Numbered from the stretch's first letter, positions 35,407 through 44,089 are shown. The stretch is DNA of 64,000 nt from Patescibacteria group bacterium (GCA_041662965.1 JBAZRI010000001.1:227680-291679); one strand, 5' to 3'. A program made the numbers and translations. The notes: a model not told the origin generated them from the sequence alone.

Positions 35407-36879
35407 TTATTCTTGCGCATTTTCCGCTAGCACTTCGGTTATTGGCGCGCCGGCTTCGTATAAATATAAGACGCTTGACGGCACGATGATGATATTTTCC
35501 GCTTTATAGCCTAGGCCGCTGAAGACTTTGTCTGAAGCTATGAGGATTTTTTTGCCGCCGGAAATTACGTAGGCGTAAGGGGAGTCTTTGGTTTTTAGAA
35601 GTTCTCCGTCGCCGAATAAATAAGGTTTTAAGGTTAGGTATTGGTCAAGCTCCTCCGGCGCGACTTTTATGATTTTTTTACTGCTGAATTTCGCGGTTAA
35701 GAAAATTTTATCAATCAGCGGCGCTTTAGTGCCGTCAATCACGTAATAAACGCCGCCGGTTTTGTTATTCTGCAAGAGCGCTCCGGTCGGATAAGTCGAA
35801 GTGGCGGTGATATTGGCCCCATCGGCGTAATAATTTATGTCTTCCCAGCTGGCGTTAACGACTTCGTCCGGGTTAAAGCCCATTTTGCGGAAAGCTTCCA
35901 TGGATGTAAAGCCGCGCTTTTTATCGTCAACCAATAAGAAAATCGTGCCGCGCGGCGATTTGATTAGGGAATATTGGGGGAATTTAATCGGCGCGCCTTT
36001 CTCATATTTATCCAAGTCGGATTTGTTTATTTTTATGATTTTATTGGCGTCAAAGCGCGTAGCCAAGGCGGCCATGGATAAGAACGGCCGTTTTAAGCCG
36101 TTTTGCAGAAGCCAGACTCCGGGTTCGCCTTGGGCTTGCAGGAGAGAGCCGTCCGGATAGATTTTAGTGAACCAGCGCTGCCAGATTTTATAAAAATTAA
36201 AATTGCCGTTATAGACGTGCGGCGTGTAATTATACAGCGCGGCCGTAGCCTGGTTAACCGGCGTTACGGTTATCGGATCGGTGCTGATAGTTCCGTAAGG
36301 GTTGGTGAAAGTATAAGTATTGCCGGCACGGTAAGTATAAAATTGGGGATTATCCATATAGTCTCTGAACTGCAAAGCCGCGGAATTAACCTGTTTGCCA
36401 AAACCTTGCCAGCGGGTATTGCAGCCGCCTGAATCCGGACAACCGTAACCGGTGGCCCAATCAAGATTACGTTGGCCGGGCGAAGAATTTTCAATCAGAC
36501 TTTGCTCTTTCTGCAGAAGCACTAAAAGGAATTTTGGGCTGATGGTAATTTTCCGGCATTTTAATTTTCTTTCTTCTTCGGTCGGGTTATCGCTTAAAAT
36601 AGCGCTACTGCAGTCATAATTTTTTGCGGCCGCGTTATAAATTATTTCCGAAGCTTTTCTAGTTACGCCGTAATAATCCGGGCAGGAGTAATTAGCCAAA
36701 TAGCTATTTTTATTTTCTAAAAATTTTTGAATATCGGCTAAATCCATGGAAGTATAATCCATGATTTCCAAGTCGCTAATAATATTATTAGGATCAAAGC
36801 CTTCGGCGCTGGCGGTAAGACCGAATGCCAAACTTAATGGTATAATTATAAAAATTAATAAATATTTTAGGTTTGTCAT
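35407..36879 (-). CDS. Secreted hypothetical protein (490 aa), possible cell-wall-associated
   Basis: Signal peptide MTNLKYLLIFIIIPLSLAFGLTASA. ISPKFLLVLLQKEQSLI region. No family firmly recognised. Confidence 0.4.
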   Translation of the reverse strand: MTNLKYLLIFIIIPLSLAFGLTASAEGFDPNNIISDLEIMDYTSMDLADIQKFLENKNSYLANYSCPDYYGVTRKASEIIYNAAAKNYDCSSAILSDNPTEEERKLKCRKITISPKFLLVLLQKEQSLIENSSPGQRNLDWATGYGCPDSGGCNTRWQGFGKQVNSAALQFRDYMDNPQFYTYRAGNTYTFTNPYGTISTDPITVTPVNQATAALYNYTPHVYNGNFNFYKIWQRWFTKIYPDGSLLQAQGEPGVWLLQNGLKRPFLSMAALATRFDANKIIKINKSDLDKYEKGAPIKFPQYSLIKSPRGTIFLLVDDKKRGFTSMEAFRKMGFNPDEVVNASWEDINYYADGANITATSTYPTGALLQNNKTGGVYYVIDGTKAPLIDKIFLTAKFSSKKIIKVAPEELDQYLTLKPYLFGDGELLKTKDSPYAYVISGGKKILIASDKVFSGLGYKAENIIIVPSSVLYLYEAGAPITEVLAENAQE

Positions 36880-36885
36880 GAAAAA

Positions 36886-37025
36886 ATGTAAAATGTAAAT
36901 TTCAAAATGAAAAATGACAATGTAAAGTTACTTGTCCCGCCTCGCTTACGGGGTCGGGGAAAATTATAAAATTAGGCAATTTTACATTTTGAATTGTCAT
37001 TTTAAACTTTGATCTTTAAATTTTT
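36886..37025. repeat. AATGACAATG/TGTAAA-type AT-rich inverted repeat flanking a GC-rich core
   Basis: tgtaaaatgtaaatttcaaaatgaaaaatgacaatgtaaag ... cccgcctcgcttacggggtcgggg ... caattttacattttgaattgtcattttaaac. Confidence 0.6.
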
Positions 37026-37217
37026 AATTAGTTATACTATACATTATAGTATACGAGGGGTAATAGGGCAAATTATACTAGTCTGTTTACTAAAATTAGC
37101 CAATATATTTATTATTAGTTGATTTTTTTAGTGAATTGTGTTAAGATATAATTTAAATATTTAGTGTGGATAGGGGGAAGGGGATAGTTTTTTCAAAATT
37201 TAATTATGGAGGGGAAA

Positions 37218-37805
37218 ATGAAAAAACGAGTTCGAGGGGAAAAATTAATGGCGGATCATGTCGCTCTTGGAATTGACAATTGGTCGAGGGATGTGCGCGA
37301 TGATCTGGAAAGGTTAAACGACAGAAAACAGGTGCCGATTGGAGAAAGATTATTTTGTACAATTGACGGTACTGCTGTCGCGTCTTTTGGAGAGGTCGTC
37401 AGCGGATGTTCTAATATCTCATTCTGTCAGCTTCAAGATTGTCTTACAGGAAATGAGGAAAAGGTTTGTACTATTTGCGGCTATGAATTTGCTGAAGAAA
37501 GAAAAATCGGCGGCGCTTATCCCTGCCAGCCTATTAACGAAGATGATTATGAGGATAGGCTTGATACGCCGGAAAAGATAAAAGCATATTATCGTTTTAT
37601 GTACCCCTGGCTGTTTATTGACAAAGCGCCAGCCGTTAAGAAAAGAAAAAAAATAAAGCTGGAGAAAATCGGTTGCCCAAAATTTCATGGCGCGACGCGC
37701 CAAAGCCATCCTAAACCAAAAGTTTTGCGTTTGCATAGTAAATCAAACGCGAAAAGAAGACCCTGCAAATGCCGTTGTAGAAAAACTATACGGCAGATAG
37801 AATAA
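37218..37805 (+). CDS. Cys-rich basic-tailed orphan protein
   Basis: SD GGAGGGG directly upstream of the ATG at 37218. Contains VCTICGYEF and a C-terminal RRPCKCRCRK. No family recognised. Confidence 0.45.
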   Translation: MKKRVRGEKLMADHVALGIDNWSRDVRDDLERLNDRKQVPIGERLFCTIDGTAVASFGEVVSGCSNISFCQLQDCLTGNEEKVCTICGYEFAEERKIGGAYPCQPINEDDYEDRLDTPEKIKAYYRFMYPWLFIDKAPAVKKRKKIKLEKIGCPKFHGATRQSHPKPKVLRLHSKSNAKRRPCKCRCRKTIRQIE

Positions 37806-37817
37806 AATGAATTAAAA

Positions 37818-37855
37818 AAGGACCGCCGATTAAATCAGGCGGTCCTTCTTCTTTT
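37818..37855. terminator. Bidirectional terminator between the orphan gene and clpB
   Basis: AAGGACCGCC-gattaaatca-GGCGGTCCTT followed by cttctttt. Confidence 0.75.
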
Positions 37856-37867
37856 ATCTGTTATTTT

Positions 37868-40495
37868 TTATTTTACGGTCATCAAAATTTTATCTTTTAC
37901 GCCCAAATCAATTTCCACTTTGTTGCCTTGCTTGATTTTACCTTCAATTATTTCCAAAGCCAGTTCGTCTAAAATCATATTTTGGATGACCCGCTTAAGC
38001 GGCCGGGCGCCGTAAGTCGTATCAAAGCCTTTTTCCGCCAGCATCTTTTTAACCTTAAGCCCGATTTTAATATTAATTTCTTTATTTTTCAGCCTGGTCT
38101 CAACTTTAGCCAGTTCCAAGTCAACGATTTTAGATAAAACTTCTTTGTTCAGGCTTTTGAATATGACGATTTCATCAATGCGGTTTAAGAATTCCAGCTT
38201 AAAATGGTCTTTTAAGATGTTGTCAATTTTTTCCTTCATTTCATCCGAGCGCAGGCTGGCCGCGGTTTTTACGTCCGTAGTATCGGCGAAACCGATGGAA
38301 TATTCTTTAATCACTTCATTGCCTAGATTTGAGGTCATGATAATGATGGCATTTTTAAAGTTAACCGCCCGCCCTTTAGAATCGGTCAGGCGGCCGTCGT
38401 CTAAAATTTGCAGGAGTATATTAAAGACTTCGGGATGAGCTTTTTCAATTTCGTCAAACAGCACCACGCTATACGGCCGGCGCCTGATTTTATCGGTTAA
38501 TTGCCCGCCTTCGTCATGGCCGACATAGCCGGGCGGCGCGCCGATTATTTTAGCTACCGAATGTTTTTCCATAAATTCGCTCATATCCAATCTAACTAAA
38601 GCGTTTTCATCGTTAAACATGAATTCGGCTAAAGCTTTAGCCAGTTCGGTTTTACCCACGCCGGTCGGGCCGACAAACATAAAAGAGCCGATAGGTTTTT
38701 TTTCTTCATTAATGCCGGCTCGCGAGCGCCTGATGGCGTTAGCCACGGATTTAATGGCCTCGTCTTGGCCGATAACTCTTTTATTTAAAACCTCTTCGGC
38801 TTTGGCTAATTTTTTTATTTCCGATTCCAGCATTTTAGAAACCGGGATGCCGGTCCAGCGCGCCACGACTTTAGCAATATCTTCTTCGTCAACCTCTTCT
38901 TTTAAAATTCTTTGGCCCGCCGATTGGATTTTTACGAGTTCGGCTTCTTGTTTTTTTACTTCTTCCATAAGCGCGGGAATTTTTGAATATAATATTTCCG
39001 CCACTTTGGTTAAATCGTCGCCGCGCCGCTCAATAATCTCGGCTTGAATTTTCAGTTCGTCAATTTGTTTTTTAGACAGCCTGATTTTAGCGATGATATT
39101 TTTTTCATTAAGCCAATGCAGTTCCAGCTGATTGGCTTTTTCTTTGAGAGCCGCTAATTTTTTGTTTATTTCTTTTAATTTGGCGGTTTGCTTGTTTTCT
39201 TTCATTAAGCCGGCCTTTTCAATCTCCAGCCGTTTTATTTCCCGCTTTAAAGCGTCCAATTCGTCCGGCGAAGAATCTATTTCCATGCGCAAAGCCGAAG
39301 TGGCTTCGTCAACCAAATCCACGGCTTTATCCGGCAGAAACCGATCGGTAATATAGCGGGAAGATAATTTGGCCGCGGCGATTAAAGCATCGTCGGTAAT
39401 CCGCACGCCATGGTGCACTTCATATTTTTCTTTAATGCCGCGCAGAATAGCGATGGTATCTTCAATTGAAGGTTCGCTGACATAAATCGGCTGAAAGCGC
39501 CTTTCTAAAGCCGCGTCCTTTTCAATATATTTTTGGTATTCGCGGGTAGTAGTAGCGCCCACGGCTTTTAATTCTCCCCGCGCCAAAGCCGGTTTTAGCA
39601 TGTTAGAGGCGTCCATAGAGCCTTCAGAGGCCCCGGCGCCCACCAAGGTGTGCAGTTCGTCTATAAAGAGGATAATGTTGCCGCCCTGGGCCTTAATCTC
39701 TTTTAAAACGGCTTTTAGGCGGTCTTCAAATTCGCCTCTGAATTTTGAGCCGGCCACTAAAGCGCCGAGGTCCAGCGAAATCAATTCTTTGCCTTTTAAG
39801 GTTTCCGGCACATCACCGGAAACAATTCTTTGCGCCAGGCCTTCAATGATAGCGGTTTTGCCCGTGCCGGCTTCGCCGATTAAGACCGGGTTATTTTTAG
39901 TGCGCCGGGACAAGACTTGCATAATGCGCCTGATTTCTTCGTCGCGGCCGATGACCGGGTCAAGCTTTTCATTTCGCGCCAGCTCGGTTAAGTTAATGGC
40001 GTATTTTTCCAAAACTCTGAATTTTGACTCCGGCTCCGGATCGGTGATAGTTTGCGCCCCCCTTAGCTTGCCCAGTATTTTTAGAACTTCCATATATTCA
40101 ACCCCGGCGCTAATCAATATTTCCTGGGCTCTTGATTTTATGCCGATTAAAGATAAAAACAAATGCTCGGTGGAAATGTATTCATCGCCGATTTTATCCG
40201 CTTCTTTTTTAGCGCGCTCTAAAATCATGGCCACTTCGGCCGTGCCTTGGACCGTGCCGACGCTGGCGGAAATTAAAATTTTCGGCAGTTTTTCTATAAT
40301 TTCCTTGGTTTGTTTTTCTATTTGGCGAAAATTAATGCCTAATTTTTCAAGGATCGGCTTAATTAAGCTCTCGCTTTGAGCGAGTAGGGAAGCGAGTAAA
40401 TGCAAAGCTTCAATTTGCTGCTGGCCGTTGTCCTGGGCGATAATTTGCGCGTTGATAATGGCTTCTTGGGATTTATGGGTGAATTTATCAAACAT
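37868..40495 (-). CDS. clpB: Chaperone ClpB (AAA+ disaggregase)
   Basis: 875 aa. Two Walker A motifs (GEAGTGKTA, GPTGVGKTE), the long middle coiled-coil domain, and a Clp N-domain. Confidence 0.95.
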   Translation of the reverse strand: MFDKFTHKSQEAIINAQIIAQDNGQQQIEALHLLASLLAQSESLIKPILEKLGINFRQIEKQTKEIIEKLPKILISASVGTVQGTAEVAMILERAKKEADKIGDEYISTEHLFLSLIGIKSRAQEILISAGVEYMEVLKILGKLRGAQTITDPEPESKFRVLEKYAINLTELARNEKLDPVIGRDEEIRRIMQVLSRRTKNNPVLIGEAGTGKTAIIEGLAQRIVSGDVPETLKGKELISLDLGALVAGSKFRGEFEDRLKAVLKEIKAQGGNIILFIDELHTLVGAGASEGSMDASNMLKPALARGELKAVGATTTREYQKYIEKDAALERRFQPIYVSEPSIEDTIAILRGIKEKYEVHHGVRITDDALIAAAKLSSRYITDRFLPDKAVDLVDEATSALRMEIDSSPDELDALKREIKRLEIEKAGLMKENKQTAKLKEINKKLAALKEKANQLELHWLNEKNIIAKIRLSKKQIDELKIQAEIIERRGDDLTKVAEILYSKIPALMEEVKKQEAELVKIQSAGQRILKEEVDEEDIAKVVARWTGIPVSKMLESEIKKLAKAEEVLNKRVIGQDEAIKSVANAIRRSRAGINEEKKPIGSFMFVGPTGVGKTELAKALAEFMFNDENALVRLDMSEFMEKHSVAKIIGAPPGYVGHDEGGQLTDKIRRRPYSVVLFDEIEKAHPEVFNILLQILDDGRLTDSKGRAVNFKNAIIIMTSNLGNEVIKEYSIGFADTTDVKTAASLRSDEMKEKIDNILKDHFKLEFLNRIDEIVIFKSLNKEVLSKIVDLELAKVETRLKNKEINIKIGLKVKKMLAEKGFDTTYGARPLKRVIQNMILDELALEIIEGKIKQGNKVEIDLGVKDKILMTVK

Positions 40496-40511
40496 ATGTT
40501 TAAAATTTTTC

Positions 40512-40593
40512 TGTCATTGCGGGCTTGACCCGCAATCCAGAAACTTGTTAATTGCGATTAAACATGGATTCCGGCTCGTAGGCCGGAATGACA
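40512..40593. repeat. TGTCAT-hairpin palindromic element (variant stems) in the clpB 5' leader
   Basis: TGTCATTGCGGGCTTGACCCGCAATCC ... GGATTCCGGCTCGTAGGCCGGAATGACA. Confidence 0.75.
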
Positions 40594-40602
40594 ATACACT
40601 TT

Positions 40603-40629
40603 TTAGCACTCTTTAGCGTTGAGTGCTAA
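40603..40629. promoter_or_regulatory. CIRCE element (HrcA operator) upstream of clpB
   Basis: TTAGCACTC-tttagcgtt-GAGTGCTAA is a perfect match to the TTAGCACTC-N9-GAGTGCTAA consensus. Confidence 0.85.
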
Positions 40630-40633
40630 TTTC

Positions 40634-40662
40634 AATATAGTATAGCCGTTTAGCCTTGTCAA
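40634..40662 (-). promoter_or_regulatory. clpB promoter (minus strand: TTGACA, 17-nt spacer, TATATT)
   Basis: The reverse complement reads ttgaca aggctaaacggctatac tatatt, immediately upstream of CIRCE. Confidence 0.6.
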
Positions 40663-40742
40663 TAGTTTCTCGGGTTAAAAGATTATTTTAAATATGCTAT
40701 AATGTGGATAAGCAGAAATCTCAAAAAATAAAGGAGGGGACC

Positions 40743-40937
40743 ATGATGGAGAAAAATTGTTTTAACTGCGCATTTAGACAAGCGTGTTTTTGCCAAATAT
40801 TTAGACATCTGATTGAAAATTGTAAAAACGAAGGCAAGGATTGCGTTGCCTTTATGGAAAATTCGCCTAAACAATGTTTTTCCGAATCTGTCTATTTTTC
40901 TCTACAAAGAAAAATAGCCGAAGGTTATTTTGATTAA
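40743..40937 (+). CDS. Small Cys-rich protein (64 aa)
   Basis: SD AAGGAGGGG 3 nt upstream. Sequence MMEKNCFNCAFRQACFCQIF..C..C. An extended -10 TGcTATAAT lies at 40695-40703. Confidence 0.4.
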   Translation: MMEKNCFNCAFRQACFCQIFRHLIENCKNEGKDCVAFMENSPKQCFSESVYFSLQRKIAEGYFD

Positions 40938-40962
40938 AGGCGCTATCTAAAATAGCGCCTTT
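40936..40962. terminator. Bidirectional terminator
   Basis: AAAGGCGCTAT-ctaaa-ATAGCGCCTTT. Confidence 0.75.
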
Positions 40963-40963
40963 C

Positions 40964-41980
40964 TCATTCCAAAATATCTAAACTCTTATCGCAATAAAGG
41001 CAGCGGCCGTGATGGTCCAGGCGTTCAATCTCGTAGCCAAAGCGGCGAATGGCTAGCTGGCCGCAGACCGGGCAATAAGTATTTTCCCTTTCATCGCCCG
41101 GGATGTTGCCGGTATAAACATATTTAAGGCCGGCTGATTTGCCGATTTCATAAGCTCCTAAAATTATTTTTTCCGGCGTGGCCGGAGTATTTTTTAATTT
41201 CCAGGCAACGTCCGGGGAAAATTTGGAAACATGCCAAGGCGTGTCGGCGCCTAATTCTTCGGTGATGAATTCGGCGGTTTTTTTAAGCATCTCGTAATCG
41301 TCGGATAATTCCGGAATAATCAAAGTGGTTATTTCCAGGTGCAGGCCGGCTTTTTTTATGGCGATTAAATTATCTAATACCGGTTCAAGCTTGGCCGCGC
41401 AGTTTGTTTTATAAAATTCGCTATCCATGGATTTTAAATCAACGTTGATGGCGTCAAGGTAGGGGGAAATTGCTTCCAGGCATAAGCCGCTCATGTAGCC
41501 GTTAGAAACCCAGATATTTTTTAAATCATTCTGCCTGGCCAGCTTCATAATCTCTAGGGCGTATTCGGTAAAGATGGTCGGCTCATTATAGGTATAAGAA
41601 ATTGACGAGCAGGCGTTGTCCAGCGCACCGCTGACGATTTTTTCCGGCTCTATAAAATCAATATTTTTAATTTTTTTCTCAATATCAGCGGCTTGGCTGA
41701 TATGCCAATTTTGGCAGTTCAGGCATTTAAAATTACAGCCCAGCGTGCCGAGAGAATAACTTAAACTGCCGGGTAGAAAATGAAATAAGGGTTTTTTTTC
41801 AATCGGGTCAACGTTTAAGGCCGCCGGATAGCCGTAGGTCAAAGAGAAGAGCTGGCCGTTGATATTTTTTCTAACTCCGCATACTCCGGCCGAATTATTT
41901 TTTATCAAGCAAGCCTGATGGCAAAGCAGGCAAGCCGCGGTTAGATTATCTGATTTTTTGTAGAATTCGGCTTCGTGCAT
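40964..41980 (-). CDS. AmmeMemoRadiSam-system-type radical SAM enzyme (PflA-like activase family)
   Basis: N-terminal Cys cluster CLLCHQAC..GVCGVR, radical-SAM CNFKCLNCQNW, and a C-terminal CPVCG..C..C. Confidence 0.75.
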   Translation of the reverse strand: MHEAEFYKKSDNLTAACLLCHQACLIKNNSAGVCGVRKNINGQLFSLTYGYPAALNVDPIEKKPLFHFLPGSLSYSLGTLGCNFKCLNCQNWHISQAADIEKKIKNIDFIEPEKIVSGALDNACSSISYTYNEPTIFTEYALEIMKLARQNDLKNIWVSNGYMSGLCLEAISPYLDAINVDLKSMDSEFYKTNCAAKLEPVLDNLIAIKKAGLHLEITTLIIPELSDDYEMLKKTAEFITEELGADTPWHVSKFSPDVAWKLKNTPATPEKIILGAYEIGKSAGLKYVYTGNIPGDERENTYCPVCGQLAIRRFGYEIERLDHHGRCLYCDKSLDILE

Positions 41981-42039
41981 ATTTATTTCTTACGCCTGTA
42001 TATTAGCATAAAATTTCCTTTTTGTCATGCGGAATGCGT

Positions 42040-42068
42040 TTGCTAAAGCTAGCTTTTTTTAGTATAAT
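42040..42068 (+). promoter_or_regulatory. tagA promoter (TTGCTA, 17-nt spacer, TATAAT) with the -10 box only 6 nt from the ATG
   Basis: ttgcta aagctagctttttttag tataat tcagtt ATG. Confidence 0.55.
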
Positions 42069-42074
42069 TCAGTT

Positions 42075-42815
42075 ATGGGTTTAATCAATATATTAGGCGT
42101 AAATATTAACACCTTCAGCAAGAAACAGGCTCTGGCTAAAATCCAGGAGTTTTTAATTGACGGCCGGCGGCATTTTATTATTACGCCCAACCCGGAGATT
42201 ATTCTAGCGGCCGGCGAAGATAAGGAATTTTTTGATATATTGAATAAAGCTGATTTGTCTTTGCCTGACGGCGTTGGCTTAAAAATCACGGCTTGGCTGA
42301 TGGGCGTTAATTTTCAGAGAATTACCGGAGCTGATTTATTGAAAGATATTTTGGCGATAGCGGAGGCGCAGGGCAGGCGAGTGGCGGTTTTTAACTGGCG
42401 AGGCGGGCTATCAAGCTATCAAGATATATCGCAGGCGTTGGCCGTTTACTATCCAAAATTGCAAGCCATAGCCATTGACTTGGATCGGCAAACTGATGTG
42501 TCGGAGGGCATACTAGCGCCAGTGCGCGAATTCAAGCCGGGAATAATTTTTTTAACTTTAGGCGCGCCTTATCAGGAAAAATTTATTTTTCATAATTTGG
42601 CCAAGCTGCCGTCCGTTAAAATCGGGCTGGGCGTTGGCGGAGCGTTTGATTTTTTAACCGGCAAGCTGCCACGCGCGCCTTTTTGGCTTAGAAAAATAGG
42701 CTTAGAATGGCTCTGGCGATTGATTAAACAGCCGGCCAGATGGAAAAGGATTTATAACGCGGTCATAGTTTTCCCGGTTAAATTTTTAATTTGGTTGATT
42801 AAAAGAAAAATTTAA
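42075..42815 (+). CDS. tagA: WecG/TagA/CpsF-family glycosyltransferase (GT26)
   Basis: ILGVNIN.F, IITPNPEII, LPDGVGL, GAPYQEKF, GVGGAFDF..G...RAP.W....GLEWLWRL..QP.R. Confidence 0.85.
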   Translation: MGLINILGVNINTFSKKQALAKIQEFLIDGRRHFIITPNPEIILAAGEDKEFFDILNKADLSLPDGVGLKITAWLMGVNFQRITGADLLKDILAIAEAQGRRVAVFNWRGGLSSYQDISQALAVYYPKLQAIAIDLDRQTDVSEGILAPVREFKPGIIFLTLGAPYQEKFIFHNLAKLPSVKIGLGVGGAFDFLTGKLPRAPFWLRKIGLEWLWRLIKQPARWKRIYNAVIVFPVKFLIWLIKRKI

Positions 42816-42832
42816 AAATAAATTTTAAACAT

Positions 42833-43603
42833 ATGTTAAAATATACGCCGTCAAAAAACGCGTTAATCATCGCTAAGCAATATTTAAAGCAAGAATTCAG
42901 GAAAATTTTTGCCGATATTAAAGATGATAAATTTTATAAAAGAATTGATAAATCAATTGATAATTTTAACGCCAGGGAAGGGGAGGCGTCGTTTTGGAAT
43001 TTATTAGCCGCGATTTCCGAAGGCTGGAAGCTAAAGCAGGTTTTCGCCGTTATGTCGGATGATAAATATCAATGGAAGCTGAAAAATATCCCGTTGGAAA
43101 AAATTTATTTAACCGGCATGTCGCCGATAATTGATAAGTATGTTATAAAAAAATTCAACCGCAATCCGGCGGCTTTTGCCAAAGCCTGGAAGATAAACAA
43201 GGCTATGCGGGAGGAAATTATTAAAACCGGATTTTGCGCCCATAAAGAAAGGGATTATTTCCCGATTTTAGTTTATAAAACAGGGGATAGTTACCGAGTT
43301 TTTGACGGCATGAGGCGCGTTTTACTAGCCTTAACTAAAAATCAAAAAAATATTAAAGCTTGGGCAGGCTATAAAGTTAACGCTAAAGGCCGGCCGCTCA
43401 TTAGCGCCAACCGTTGCTATTTTTTGTCAAACTTATATAATCAAGCCAAGAGCAAAGATAAAACTCTGGAAAAATCAATTATTAGAATTGGCAAAGAAAT
43501 CAATAAAAATTATCGTAACGGCCGCGAAGTGCTTTTAAAAAGAATTATCGGCTGGTCGCATGACCAAAAAATAAAAAGTATTTTCGCGGAAATGATAAAA
43601 TAA
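42833..43603 (+). CDS. Hypothetical protein with a ParB/Srx-like nuclease-fold motif in the C-terminal half
   Basis: YFPILVYKTGDSYRVFDGMRRVLLAL resembles the ParB-like DGxHR core (weak). The N-terminal half is unrecognised. Confidence 0.35.
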   Translation: MLKYTPSKNALIIAKQYLKQEFRKIFADIKDDKFYKRIDKSIDNFNAREGEASFWNLLAAISEGWKLKQVFAVMSDDKYQWKLKNIPLEKIYLTGMSPIIDKYVIKKFNRNPAAFAKAWKINKAMREEIIKTGFCAHKERDYFPILVYKTGDSYRVFDGMRRVLLALTKNQKNIKAWAGYKVNAKGRPLISANRCYFLSNLYNQAKSKDKTLEKSIIRIGKEINKNYRNGREVLLKRIIGWSHDQKIKSIFAEMIK

Positions 43604-43620
43604 AAAGTTCATCTTATCTT

Positions 43621-44089
43621 TGTCATTTCGACCGAAGGGAGAAATCTATAATACAAGGAAAGCGCTTTATTATGCGAAAAGAATACCAATTTTTTGTTTA
43701 TATTTTAAGCAATTACGAAAGAACAACTTTATATGTAGGTTTTACTAATAATATAATAAGGAGAATGATTGAACATAAAAACGGCCTAGGCTCTAAGTTT
43801 ACTAAATTATACAAGTTAACAGATTTACTTTATTACGAACAACACCAATATGTTAACGATGCCATTTCCAGAGAAAAAGAAATAAAAAAATGGCGTCGCG
43901 AAAAAAAGATTAATTTGATAAAATCAAAAAATAAAATGATGAATGATTTAAGCGATAAGTTATTTTCAGAATATGATATTTCCGAAAAAGAAATTAAAGA
44001 TTATGTAGGTAGTTTAAAAAATAATTGATATATTAGTTTAAGTATTAACCTATTATAGATCTCTCCTCCCTGTGGTCGTCGAGATGACA
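43621..44089 (+). mobile_element. GIY-YIG gene bracketed by inverted TGTCAT-hairpin termini (candidate autonomous element, copy 2)
   Basis: Left end TGTCATTTCGACCGAAGGGAGAAATCTAT (43621-43649). Right end ATAGATCTCTCCTCCCTGTGGTCGTCGAGATGACA (44055-44089). Confidence 0.6.
43672..44028 (+). CDS. GIY-YIG nuclease family protein (118 aa)
   Basis: FFVYILSN..TLYVGFTNNIIRRMIEHKNG ... AISREKEIKKWRREKKINLIKS. Paralog of 53371-53667. Confidence 0.8.
   Translation: MRKEYQFFVYILSNYERTTLYVGFTNNIIRRMIEHKNGLGSKFTKLYKLTDLLYYEQHQYVNDAISREKEIKKWRREKKINLIKSKNKMMNDLSDKLFSEYDISEKEIKDYVGSLKNN

Noticed and set aside
39600-40379. A 259-aa plus-strand ORF, together with several others at 38145-40616, lying inside clpB.
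   Set aside because: They are antisense shadows of a confidently identified 875-aa ClpB. The composition is low-complexity and Ser/Pro/Ala-rich, with no start signals.
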